DNA of 62,591 nt, filler included, from Platydemus manokwari (lineage: Eukaryota), in assembly GCA_037951405.1 (NCBI GenBank). It is 5 parts of 5 records of this genome, joined end to end, with 100 filler letters (N's around TTAATTAATTAA, not from the genome) between each part and the next. Parts side by side here need not be neighbours in the genome. Positions count along the whole stretch, not along the records: positions 36,514 to 45,710 come from JBBMOY011284650.1; positions 45,811 to 62,591 come from JBBMOY011143659.1; 3 more parts are not named here. One strand, given 5' to 3'. The translations under genes and the position numbers were made by a program. Each line of letters opens with the position of its first letter. Position 1 is the first letter of the stretch. Shown in pieces: positions 39,501 through 52,413 of the stretch. The notes beneath the pieces were generated by a model. That model made no database searches. It was not told the DNA's origin and worked only from the letters and a program-made list of their open reading frames with translations.

Positions 39501-42500
39501 TAGAGATTGATATACAGTGTCCCGGTGATTCTGGAGAATAATATGGGGTTGATATCGAAATATGCCGTTGCTCCAGCTGCATTCATGTATTGATTGTAGA
39601 TATTCTCCATATCGATTTTCGGGAAAATCGGTTCTTTGAATGAATCAAGATTGATTTTGATGGATGAATTGGAATTTTTGATGGAAACAACTTTTCCAAT
39701 GCGTCCATACGAAGAATGGTCAACCGATTCCAAACTGAATACCATGGCGTTCAACGGGTAGAGTTGGCTCAATTTTGTACATGTTTTGGACGGGTTGGAT
39801 TCAAAGGTCTGAATTGATTCTTTTAAAATTGATAACTGATGCAAGTGCCAAAACGTTTGATTCGTATTCCAATTATGTGCCAATCGAATCGTCGAGCCAG
39901 CTTTGTGAGTTCCCGTTATTTCATATGTTCGACCATCGGAATGGTAGGTTTCGAGAATGATAAAGTTGGTCTCATCGATCGATATGGCTGATCGTTTGAA
40001 TAGATTTCTTGGGGTGATCTTTTTGAATTCTTTCACTTTGGCACTGTCGGTTTCGTTGAGATTTTCGGAAACAATTTGCTTGGTTTTATAATTGATTGTC
40101 AATTTCCGTGTTTCGTCAAGTACTGCAACAACTTTGGCCTCAAAAAGTGCTGGCCAATCGACATAGGCGATTTTGTCGATGAAATTTCTCGCTATGTCTT
40201 CCATGGAAATCGGTGTTGGCGGAGGTGAGATTTGCAATAGAATACTCGAACTATTGGCAGAGAATTCGAATATTTTCACACCGATTTTTTCCAGAATGAA
40301 AGTGTGATTGATGTGCTGAAATGTTGGAAAACCTTGACAAATGACATCCAATCGAACATCGGGACAGAGACCGGTCAAAATCGATGTTGTGGGAATACGA
40401 AATATTTCCGGACTAATTTCTGAAATCGTCAGCTCACCATTGGCATATCGATATTTGATATGCGGTCCGTGAACGTTACGATCGAGCTCAGCTTGCGATA
40501 GAAGTGCTTTTTTAGGTTCCAATGTTTCCAATAGACGTTTCTCATCAATAAACGGTATGAGCTGAATGATAACAAGGCAAAAATTAATTAATGTTTCAAC
40601 AGAACTTCAATGTTTATTAAACTGAAAGAGACTCATACACAACAATAAAACCATTGAACTCACAATAACGGCTTCCCATTCTTTCTTTTTGCCATTCAAA
40701 TCCGATTTGAATGTTTTCGGATAGAAATCAATGATGGGCGAATTCTCATCGGTCATTAATGAACGAAAACCCATGGGCAATAGTTCACAACTATCAGCCG
40801 GTAACACAGCCATCATTTGTTCGAATGGCATGAATGGTTGACCAATATCGAATGTGATTCCATTCAATCGAATATCGGCAGCCAGATGACAGAGATCAGA
40901 AACAAAAGGTGCGTAATGTTGAGGATAAAACCAATCCCATGATGGTACACCGTTGAAATAATAGAAACTAATCCATTGGAGAGCTGTAATGTATTGTTTA
41001 GACAGCTCAATCAACATTTCATCGCTTGATGTTAATCCTAATTTAGAGTAGTAATAATCTCTTTTATAGCATCGATATTGAAGTTCCCACAATTCTCGAT
41101 CGTCTCCTTCGATGAACGAGGGTATTTCGAAGTGATTCTCCCTGATCGATTCGTCTTCCAAGGCTTGATTGGAGAAATTTTCATCGTTATCAAAATCGAA
41201 CTCAATCAAATCTTTATCGATCTTTAAGACCTCTGGCGTTGTTAATAAGCCTCTGGACATTTCATCATTACCATCATTCTCCTCATCTTCAGCCTCATTT
41301 TCCATAGAATCCCGATCTGTTTCTTGATCAGGACTATCATTTTTCGATTTAGAATCATCCTCTACTAGACCAATTTCATTTGTTGTTTCCTCGAGGATAT
41401 CATTATTGGTATATGTCACCAATGGTTGAATTCCCAATGAATCCTTCACAACAGCATTATCATTAATGATAGGCGATTCATTGGTTTCAAGGTTCATATC
41501 AGAAAAGATATTGGCCAGAGATGAATCGAGATTATCCGTCAATGGTTCCATGTTGTTATCATCGAAAATATTGCACAATTGAGTATAATTGGAATCAAGT
41601 GTTTGTTTGTTGTTATTATCGAGATTTTCCAATTCTTTATTCAACCGTTCGCCGGTTTTACCTAGCAACCATTTCATGTCCTCGTATTTCTCGAGAAATA
41701 TATCTTCATCAAATTTCGACAATCCATCAATATAGAGGAGAAGATTATCGATGTTTAATTTACCGCCATCGTTAATGTATCCATTAAACAATGGCCTAGT
41801 TTTGATGTAGGTTTCCCATAGTAACGGTAAAGCACTGGTGTGAATGTGAAGATTGGGCAAGTGTGGTACGAAATCGTTGCCGACAAGAAAACTGACGACA
41901 ATCCAATCATCAATAATTCGTTCCAGATTGTATTCATCAGCAAGAATTGTTTTCAATGCATTGAATTCGTAATCGATGTATTCTCGTAATAAGGAAAGAT
42001 GAAGTAGAAAGAATTTCGATTCTTCTGCAATATAGGCTCTAGAAATAATAAACATGGAAAATATTCATTAAAGCCATGCTTCGAATGAGCGATTATGTAC
42101 CTTTTGGTTTTCTTTTTAGTAAACGAAACATCCTCTCTAAGTAAAGAAAAATACGGTTCATGACTTGCAAGACCAAGAAGCATCTGTTATAGTAAAATAG
42201 AACATTATACACAGGGTTGTTACGATCTTACTAAATCAGCGTCAAGCCCATACAGGCAGTGTCTAGTATTTGGATTATATCCGGGTAACGATCGTCGATA
42301 TCTTATAAATTCTTGGATTTTGTGTTCCCCTTCGCCAGGAGTCTATACGTATAATATTTCATATTAAAAACATTTAAACAAGGAACGATAAGAAATCCAC
42401 TTCATGTCCTGATAAAATAATATCAACTCCTTGCCAGAGAGAATCGGTTTTAATTTTTTCACTCAAAAATGATTTCAGGGCAACATGCAATCTGTCCATG

Positions 42501-45487
42501 AATTCAGTCCCTAATGTTGATGAAAAATTAAGTTTATTATTGATAACTTAGATAACAATAAATCATATCTATTAATATTGAAGTTTTAAAAATATGGTTT
42601 TAAATATCACTGATTGAATAGAAAAATGGATAAATAATAATCAAAATACGAAATCAACACAAGAAAAATGCACCAATAAACATTGATAAAAAGGAATGGT
42701 CATCAAAAACGGAACTTGATTGGTTAACGTAGGATTGATGTATTATTTGAATATATAATTGGACGATGACAAAATGAAATCAACCACTATTCAAATTATG
42801 TGGATTTATTTATTGACATTTATTGGTAATTTGTGGTTCATCGGGAGTCAAATGAATCAATTATGTCTCAAACAAAATCTCGCGAGCAATGTTGAAATCC
42901 AATGTTCCGATATGCCGTTGGAATATGAATTAGAAAGTTTGTTTTTTCCAATAATGCTTTAATAAAATTGTCAATATTTTGATTGAAAATATACGATTTT
43001 GCTTGTTATAATATTCTAATCTTAAAATTGAGTTTTTACATTTTTGTCTTTAAAAGTGAACAATTTAGATTAACCAATCAAGAGCCTTGAATTATAATAT
43101 CAATATTATTGAACACATATGAGTCACACTGTTATCATATGGAACACTAGTAGAAGTTTATTGTGAATACTATTTCAAGGTGGAATCCATTATCACTAAA
43201 TTCATGATAAATATAAAACAACTTTTAGTAGTAGTTCAAGCAACTTGTATCACGTATTGACTTATTGTTTATAAGTTATATCGATACTGAGCTTATTGGT
43301 ATAATAAATATTATTTTAGAAACCAATTATTTCATAACTCATCAAACAATCACATGTTCAAATCCCGACAAACCAATTGAACTAACACCAGACCAAATGA
43401 TTCACTTAAAACGTTTAATATTCTATCACATTGAAAATTGTTTGATATTAGACATACCAGAACATTTCTTCAAAAATCTTATCAAACTTCAAGCAGTAAT
43501 TTTAGGTAAAAGCATAGAAAAAGTTGAGTTTTATTTGAAATAATAATATCGATATTTCAGATAATCTACCAATTACAAAGCTCGGTGAAAATGTGTTTAA
43601 AAATAGCTCCAATCTCATAGAATTGACATTGTCACGATTGAAAAAACTGGAAAACATTCATCCACGATTTCTCGGTCATCAGAATAGACTTGAGACCTTA
43701 TCTCTCGTCGAATCTAACATCGACAGTAATCAATTGCGACACATTTTGTTACCAATATACATCACCCTTCAACAATTGTATTGGCGAAAGAATGTCAACA
43801 AATTAACGCTTCACCGAGAATATTTTCAGAATTTTCAATTTGATATTTTAGTTTTAGAATACAACGGTATAGAAAATATAGATTTTCTCCAATATGTTTC
43901 AACGAAATATTTATCGTTGAAGGGCAACCCCATTGGAAACCACATACAGATCGATTTCAATAACCACAACATATTACTGGACGTTCTAACGGTCTTAGAT
44001 TTATCAGAAACCCAAATAGATCAAATATTTCCCAATTCAATGGTGACATTTCCCACCCTTACCGAACTAATATTGCGAGACAATCGCATCGACGAGATAC
44101 CAACGAAAATGGAATTTCTCTTTCCACGATTGAAAATTCTCGATTTACGCAACAATAAATTGACAATCATTCCCAGCTTAAATCACATTTTAAAGGGAAA
44201 CAATTTCGGCAAAGTTTATTTGGATGGCAATCGTTTCCATTGTAATTGTCAGATGAGTTGGGTTCAGAATTTCAATGGTAATCAAATCAAAGATTTATAT
44301 TGCCAAATCACATCCATTGGCAACTCATCCAAACAAATTCTCTTCACAAATGACGATGCCCAATCAAATATGGTTTGTACAGCACCAAAATTATATATGA
44401 AAATCAAACCGACGATAAAAGCTTTGGATTATTCGTCGAAAATAATTAATCAATCAGTTAAAGTAATATTTTTCATATAAATATCGATTAATTAATGTAA
44501 TTTAATAGCTCTTTAAAATAGATATTTATCCCGGTGAAGTTTTTCAGTGGCAATGCATAGGAGAGGGTGATCCTGCACCGATATTGAATTTGATTGAAAA
44601 CAATCAAAACATCACTACAATCAATCCACCATCAGACAAACATCAAACCCAAACAATATTATCGAATTTGATTATATCATATAATAATTTCAATGAATCT
44701 CAACATGAATTCATTTATATTTGCCAAGCAAATAATATCATTGGACATTCGGAATTGCAATTACAATTTATCAAAAACAATAAATCGAGGTCTGTGTTAG
44801 GAAAAATTCAGACCGGAAATCTAATTCGTGAAAATAATAAGTTTGCTTTGAAAAATAACTTTAATCGTGTTGTACTTTCATTTATGATAATATATCGTTT
44901 TTCATTTTAAATGCATTTTTAAGTTTAATTCTATAGCCTAAAAAATATCACCTGGTGTAATAGCATTTGAATCAAATCTTTTCTCATCGGGAAGCCTTAC
45001 ACCACTTTGAATGGCAGCCTCTTCACGATTTAACGCTTCTTTAGCCGATCTTAACGTTATTGTAACCCATCGGTCTCTAACAAATATTTACTTTAAACGC
45101 CGAGCTCTTTGTTGATTCATTTTTGCTCTTGGTGCAACTCCATCAACAGCAAGAAAAAATACATCTTTTGGTTTAACCGTTTTAAATAAGAACTAAAACA
45201 GAAACTTAAAACACGAACAACACATTAAAACCAACTTCAATATAATTAAATATATTAATAAAAATATCTTCTTCAGTAATTCTAAAAGAAACATTCGTGT
45301 CATCAGGATGAGAGCAAATATGAATTATTCCATTCATATCCAAATACAAACAGTCGAAATCTGGTATCTATATACCAAATAAATGATGAAACAGACTAAG
45401 ATAAAAACATGCTTGATTGTTGTTAACCGATACACTTAGGCAAGGATACCGTTCGCTAATCCATCTAAAAAATTTCGGTACTCCCAT
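36514..45487 (-). CDS. XRN1: 5'-3' exoribonuclease 1, at least 12 exons and about 1467 codons before the gap
   Basis: Exons 45487-45413, 45367-45236, 45192-45092, 45049-44952, 42510-42401, 42342-42232, 42183-42101, 42038-40664, 40561-39192, 37563-37359, 37311-37179 and 37123-<36514, all phase-consistent. Motifs: [98 protein letters not shown], and the XRN1-specific SH3-like [23 protein letters not shown]. Confidence 0.97.
42774..44910 (+). CDS. Extracellular leucine-rich-repeat plus Ig (I-set) protein, about 550 aa, nested antisense in XRN1 intron 4
   Basis: Exons 42774-42936, 43320-43505, 43561-44462 and 44509-44910 (GT-AG, phases 1/1/0, open throughout). N-terminal hydrophobic signal-like segment; LxxLxLxxNxL repeats ([22 protein letters not shown]); LRRCT cap [12 protein letters not shown]; Ig motifs [11 protein letters not shown] and [10 protein letters not shown]; short hydrophobic C-terminus. 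Confidence 0.9.
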
Positions 45488-45710
45488 AGTAAAAAAATAT
45501 ATAATTTGAAATATACAGCCTTTAAACTTTAAACGCATGTAATCATTTTTTCTTCTTCGTTTTTATCTTCTTCAAAAGTCGACGATGGGCCTCCATAGTT
45601 AACACCATTCGCTCTACCACACTAGTTCCTGGATGTTATCTGACATTAACTCAACTCACACTCGTCACTGAAACTAAAGTATAATAATAGCAGTCCATCG
45701 CGAGCGATGA

Positions 45711-45810
45711 NNNNNNNNNNNNNNNNNNNNNNNNNNNNNNNNNNNNNNNNNNNNTTAATTAATTAANNNNNNNNNNNNNNNNNNNNNNNNNNNNNNNNNN
45801 NNNNNNNNNN
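45711..45810. other. Assembly gap with artificial spacer
   Basis: 44N-TTAATTAATTAA-44N. Confidence 0.98.
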
Positions 45811-48079
45811 CAAATAATTCAACTAGCTATACAGCTTGATTTTACGACTCGTCTTCAAATAATGATTATAATTCATTTTCTTCTTCGCATTATTGGATAA
45901 GGATATAACGCATGAGTTGGCATAAATATAAAATATAAAGGATTTGAAGATGTATCTTAAAATATAGGATGGGATTTATCTTTGAATTGATTGAACGGTA
46001 CTTCCAGTTATTTCTGGACATATAATGATGTCGGCAGAAATAATCTGAATCGCTTCGGCAAGAATTCAAATAGAGCTTATGAGTACTTTCATCAACTAAT
46101 AATTCTGCGAGTGGTTTCTAAATTTGTTAGCCATTGGTTTGTGCTTATAGATTCAAGCTGGCATCTTTTAGTGAGAAGGAAAATCGGGTAGATTATTCAT
46201 TAATTGGTCGTCAATTTTATTTAATGGAACTTAATTTCAATGCCTTGGGGTTTCAATTCGAGATTCCTTAACGATATAATTATTTGTTTAATCCCATTCA
46301 TTAAATTTCTTGAGACGGATTTTTGATTCTTAACTTATTTTCTACGATCTAGCTAATGTAGTACTCAACAACTCACTTGTCTGTCTGACTCCAAAGCCGA
46401 TAAGTTATATCACCATGGTATAATGATGATACAATGTACACAAAAATTATACAACAGTTAATCACTTTATAAACTTCTTGTTAATAAATCACTCAAGGGC
46501 CACTTTGTCTTAGCATTATTATTAATATCAAGACAATAATCTGGCATTTAACTTCCACTTCATATAAACAAATTAATTTTTTTTTATTTATTTTCATTGT
46601 AATACTATTTATTTGTAGATCAATGGTATTGAAATCAACTTTTCTAATTCTATCATTTTTAAAATCCCTTGAATTTTTAAAAAAATTCTTATGATTTAAC
46701 TTTGGGATTTCTACAATTAATCAATATGGTAATTTTTAGAAATTATTTTATTAATTTGCTCAAACAATTCTAATTTTTCTCTAAATGGTTTTTATTATAA
46801 ATAATATTATTTTAGGCACTTCATTCATTGTTTTGTGTTGCTCGATTTTAATTTAACTTTATTTTTACCAAAAATATAAATTATTTTCAAAAATACTATT
46901 CATTACAAAATGCTACTTTATATGCATTAAAACAACAAGGAATGACTTGTTATTATACGCATTTCATGATATAAATTAGAGACAATCAAATTACTAGTTA
47001 AATCAAATGTAATAGTCATACATATTCGTGGTGGAATTCCTCATCGTGAAGCTCCTTGTGAAGCTCCTACTATCTCGAGGAACTAATCGTCATCTCATTA
47101 GGGATTGTCAGCTCAAGTTTTATTTGTTCAGATATTTCACTTCAGGATGACCTTTCCGATTTGTTTCCATGGTACACGATGACACTTCAATTTCTTTCAT
47201 CATCCAGCTCTATCCGTTTTTGAGCACCAGTGCTCTGAACACCTTTCCAACACAATGAAGTTTATGCAGTTGATACGTTATGTTAGTTACGTTGGCACTG
47301 AGATACAAAAAATTTAGAATTTTAGCATATAATTAGATAAATATTGAATTCAGTTGATTGAAGAATGTGCTAGAGATGATGTGATTCTATTTATGATATT
47401 TATATTATGTTGATAGGACCTATATATATTGAGGGGTTATAAACAGTATTTGAATGATAACCATTTATCCAACTCAAATTCCTAATCAATTAATTTACTT
47501 TCGAGTGTCAGAAGAAAATTAAAATTTACAATTAATGAATAATTATAAATTTTACTGTGCTTCTATTAGAAAATATTACAATTTCGATTGTAATTCGAAC
47601 AAATACATGGTTTCTTAAGAGTTCATTTAACTTAACCAAATCATTTATGATAATTATCCTCATGAATAAAAATTTTAATTGTCGCTTAACAAGTATGGAT
47701 AGGTTTAGTGAACCAGTCAAAATGAATCAGTAGAAATTCGTGTATATCAATTTTTGTATCTATTATCTCTGACCTTAGCTAGATTAATACTCCTGTTTCC
47801 TCTTTTTGATATTTGGTTTTACATGACTATTTTTTAATTTATAATTTTTAATTATTACCACAGGATTTGTCGCTTCTCATACCAGTGTGAATCGTCAAAT
47901 CTCATAGGGAAAAAACCAAATGGATTTCGTTTCACAATGCGCTGGTTTAATAAAATTTATGTGTTTACTCCAAGTAATTATTTGTAATATTAATTTTTAA
48001 AATTTTACTTATAAAAATTATAAAACAAGTTCTTTGTTTAAATATTCATTTTTATACCCTATTTTAACTGCGTGCTGCA

Positions 48080-50020
48080 ATGACAAAAAAAATTGGGAGA
48101 GTAAAAAAATTAAGCAAAGCAGTTGCTCGCGAAAGAAAGGCTTTAGAAGCTGAAAATACTGATATTCCCAGAACATTGATTTTCTGTAAACCAAATTCCA
48201 GCCCAATTGTAAAACAGCTTGTTCAAGATTTTAAATCAGTAATGAAACCATATACTATCAAAGAAGTATTTTGTGGTAGAAATAACACATTAAAAGAATA
48301 TATTGATTACGCTACGAAAATTCATGTTCGGAATATTATTTATTTTACTCACGCAAGGTCAAGTAAAAAAACCTGTGATTGGAACGAATCAACAAGTAAG
48401 AAATATTAAATATGGCTTAATAAATTATGCTCAATTTATTAATTTATTTATTTCAAAGTGTCTTGTGAAAATTTAATTAAAGAGCATTTTAAATGCATTA
48501 ATTGATAGAATTATTTTTCAGAATATGAACTTGGTGGAGTTTACTGTCACATAATTGTTTTACCACACGGTCCAAGTTTCACGTACCGAGTACAAGATTT
48601 CATTTTGAAACGTGACATTCAAACAGAATCCGGTTTTGGAATGAATGACAATTGGTTACAAAAACCACCGATTCTATCAGCACAATTTGATAATTCAGAA
48701 AACCATTTGAAAGCCGTCAGTTCATCATTCATTAATATGCTACCGACAATAAATATCAATACAATCAAAACCAGCAGCATTAAACGTGTACTCATGATTT
48801 CACACAACAAAAAAATGCCCTTCGTCGAAGACACACTCCAACAGAAGTTGGGTGAAGTCTTCGTCTTTCGACATTATTTCATGAAATTGGAAAATAAAGA
48901 AATCAACAAAAACATTCGCAAACTCGGTGTTGGAGTGGCATCGAAAAACGTAAAGATTCCCGATATGTCTCAATTCGGATCTGTGGCTGATTTCATCAAT
49001 CGTGGCGATGAAGAAATGCCGTCGGGATTATCGTCCGATTCCGAGGATGATTGGACGAATATCGAAATGTCAGGAAACGTCAAAGAATTGCCAGGAACCA
49101 GTGGTGAGGCGGGATTCAAAATGATCGATGTTGGTCCATCAATGACCTTACAGTTGTTAAAGGTTGGTTTGTTGTTATGGTTTTTTTGGGTTTCTTTTAT
49201 TGATTTTGTTGTTTGGTAATGCTTTAAATCATTTGGTAATTTTAAGATTCAAGAGGGCGTCCATTCTGGAACGGTTTTGTATCACCGATACGTCAGTCGA
49301 ACCAAGGAGGAATTGTTTGAAATCGAGAAGAGACGAGCTGAGAAGTTGAAATTGAAAGAGAAGCGCCGAGAACAACAGTTGAACAACGTGAAAAACAAGG
49401 AAAAATTGAAAGAAGAACACAAGAAGGCCTGTTTGAAAGGAATGGAGGCTAAGGGTGTGTTGAAGAAGTCGGAAGATAAGGACGATGATGAAGAGGATAA
49501 AGAAGAAGGTGAGGAAGTCGATGAGGAAAACGAGGAAGTGGAAGATATCGAGGATAATGAAGCTCAATCTGATGGTGAGGAAGAGGAAAACGTCGATGAA
49601 AGCGAGGATGACGAAGGCGGATCTGATGATGGAAACGATTCTGATGGCATTGAAGAGGTGAATGATTCGTTCGACGAGTCGCAGGATTTGGACATCGATG
49701 GCGGGGAGAATGAATCTGATGAAGATGAGGAAATTGATTCGGATGGAATCGAAGAGGTCGATGATTCTCTGGACGAAAACAGTGATTCTGATGGAATCGA
49801 GGCGATGGACGATGATGATGAGGATGACATCGATTTATCGGATGAAGAGGATGATGATGGCAGCGAGCGGGAAGTTGAGCAAAAACCAGTCGTTGTAAAG
49901 GAAATCGTCAAAACTGACAACAAAAACAAACCTCCCAGTAGCCAGAATTCCAACGCAAACCGGAAAAGGCCTCATTTTCCAAACAATGAGAAAAATAAAA
50001 AAAGGAAATTGAGAAAATAA
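48080..50020 (+). CDS. PPAN: Peter pan / Ssf1 homolog, Brix-domain ribosome biogenesis factor (565 aa)
   Basis: Exons 48080-48362, 48522-49162 and 49247-50020 (phases 1 and 0). Motifs: KQLVQDFKSVMKPYT, LPHGPSFTYRV, FINMLPTINI..IKRV, FRHY, IPDMSQFGSVADFI, DVGPSMTLQLLK|IQEGVHSGTVLYH..RTKEE. Basic coiled coil followed by an acidic tail. Confidence 0.92.
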
Positions 50021-51939
50021 ATTCATTTTTGTATTTTTTTCTTTATTTTAATCGATTTTACAGTGGATTTTATTAATATCGATTGTCGATTAATCAATAT
50101 CTGACGAGTTATCGATTTTCTGATTTTAATGGATTGTTTTTAATCAATAATAATTGATTATTAGAGGACATGCATAAATTGGTTTGACCTGCAACAAAAT
50201 AAAATCCAAACAACAATTTATTTAAAATCATTAAGGTGTTTTTACTAAGTTGTTTGCGTTGAAATAATTTGACCTACTGAAGCTTTGCGTTAAGCTACCT
50301 TAGTCTTTCAAATCCTATTCACTCTTCATTTCATGAGTTGCTTATCTTATCACTTAAGATAATTTTTCTGAGTATGCTTGGTCCCTGGAGAAGCCCGAGG
50401 ACGAGAAACAGTCCCTCTTAAATATAATAGTTAAGAAAAGTTTAAATTCACTTGCGGTTAAGGCATCCGAAATGTGTCAAAAGCAAAGATTAGATTGGCC
50501 TCAACGTGCCCCAGTAGCGAGATGTTGTCGAGTACAGACTATTCGTCTGAAGCACATTATCTCGCTTGTCTTTTGAGTCTTATGGATTGATGTAATCAAA
50601 GCGAACATATGTTCTCCTGTCTGTCGTTCAAAGTACTAAGGACCTCATTTATGATTCAAATCACTCACCATAAGAAGACCATTAATGATTTTGAGATCCT
50701 TAATTGTTTGCTAGTACATTTGTGAGTCGTATGGTGTTCCTTTTGAATAGGTTATTTCTAATTTATAACGAAGATTATTTTTAGGTCTGTAGCCTAGTCC
50801 TCGAAAGAACAATTTGTCGTTGTTTTAAAGCCATGGTTTCATATGCTTTATGAGATCCTAATAAACTTTTCCACTCATACTTATTTTCAAAATGTGTATA
50901 AAGGTGCTAGGTTTTAACTTTGGATTTATACAATTTGGTTGTTGCAACAACTACTGATTGTCTAGCTACAACAAGATTATTTGATCTAGATTTTATATCA
51001 ATAAAAACTGGAGCTATAGTGATCAAGAAAATTAATTATTATTTTATTAAATTTATTTGGAAAGTCGAAATGGTAATAGTAAGAAAATAGATAACTAATA
51101 CAATATAACTAAATAGGAGCGATTTAAATAATGATAATGGTGCAATGAATACAAAACTTTATGCTAATTGATAAAATATATTTAATCAATATGTAAATAT
51201 AACTCCAGAAAATCACATAATGATTGACATTGCTTTTCATGAATATCTACTAAATTCTGATCTTCGTATTATTGATTTTCGCTATTGGAATTTGCCTATG
51301 TTTAACTGAACTGTCTAAATCCTTCAATTGTTTGGATATTTTTGATAATTGTGATTGCTTAGAAATTGATCCATGTGCTTTAACAATTGGGATATTCGAG
51401 ATTATATATAATTGGGGATTTTGTGCTTGTTGGGTGGATATTTGGCAAATAAATGTAAAAAATAAAGCAATATTTAGAGCTATTTTCCAAACATGTAAAT
51501 ATAGTGTAGTTTAATGTGAGTTCCAAAATTTATTTCGGATCCAATCAATTTTCTCTGTTGCTTTGGATTCGTCAGATATCATGCTTGTATGAATGTGTCG
51601 ATATTCACACACAAAAACGTCAAAACAGTGGTTCCAAGCTACCATCATTTGTCAAGAAATCTTTTATATTGGTCATTACAATTTAGGAGTTGTCTAACAC
51701 CTAATACAAAATCAAAACAGGAATTTGAAGAATAAGTCTTACAGACAAAAATAATTTTAGAAAATCAATTATCATGCTCTCATGGCTTTGCGATACGTGT
51801 CAGTAATATTACGAAAATAGATTTCCTATGTTAAAAAAGTTATTACATATAATAATTTAATGTAACAATTAATTATTTATTCTGACAATATGAATATCGA
51901 TTAAAAATTGAAATTATATGAAGGTTAAAATTGGCTAAA

Positions 51940-52413
51940 ATGTCTACAATCACGAAAAGTTTAGACAGTAACATCGAATCACTTAATGATCAATTTCTGT
52001 TAATTGATGAAACAATTGCAGTCTTTAATAATCTCACCAATTTACGTAAGAAAATAAATCAATTCAAAAATCAAAATTTTGGGTTACTGGAAAAGACAAA
52101 AGACAAGAACGAAATGATCCGCCTGTTTTATATACGAGAATTGTATGATCATTATCTTTATATGGTGGATGAAGGAATTGTTTCTGCAAATTTGTTGGTG
52201 GAATTTTTAAAATTGAGTCAATTGACAATTGTTCAAAAAATGAATCTCGACAAAGAACATGGAGTTCAAAAGAAAAATCTGAACAAAATGGGAAGTCTAT
52301 ATCTTTCAGTATTTCGAAAATATAAAAACGTGAATGCCATTATTCAAGTGAAAGAATCGGAATTGGATCATTTAGGATTTGCATTGTATATCCTAGATGA
52401 ATATCATTTTAAT
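51940..52413 (+). CDS. Probable first exon of an uncharacterised gene
   Basis: ATG at 51940 opens 158 codons of helical, non-repetitive sequence ending at a strong phase-0 donor AAT|GTAAGC (52414). It may splice to the exon at 58482. Confidence 0.55.

Noticed and set aside
9311-45810. Recurrent TTAATTAATTAA motif between N runs as a biological repeat
   Set aside because: Identical 44N-12mer-44N structure four times; this is a six-frame-stop assembly linker.
45487-48080. Bidirectional promoter shared by XRN1 and PPAN
   Set aside because: An artificial gap and TE-like debris lie between them, so adjacency and distance are unknown.
49229-50026. Antisense and alternative-frame ORFs over PPAN (also those over MNS1 and XRN1)
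   Set aside because: Shadow ORFs of low-complexity or real coding sequence, with no independent motifs.
50365-50420. Hammerhead ribozyme-like motif (GTCC..GGAC followed by GAGAAAC); similar CTGTTGAG at ~30866
   Set aside because: The conserved CUGAnGA and GAAA cores are not correctly positioned and stems I and III are not evident.
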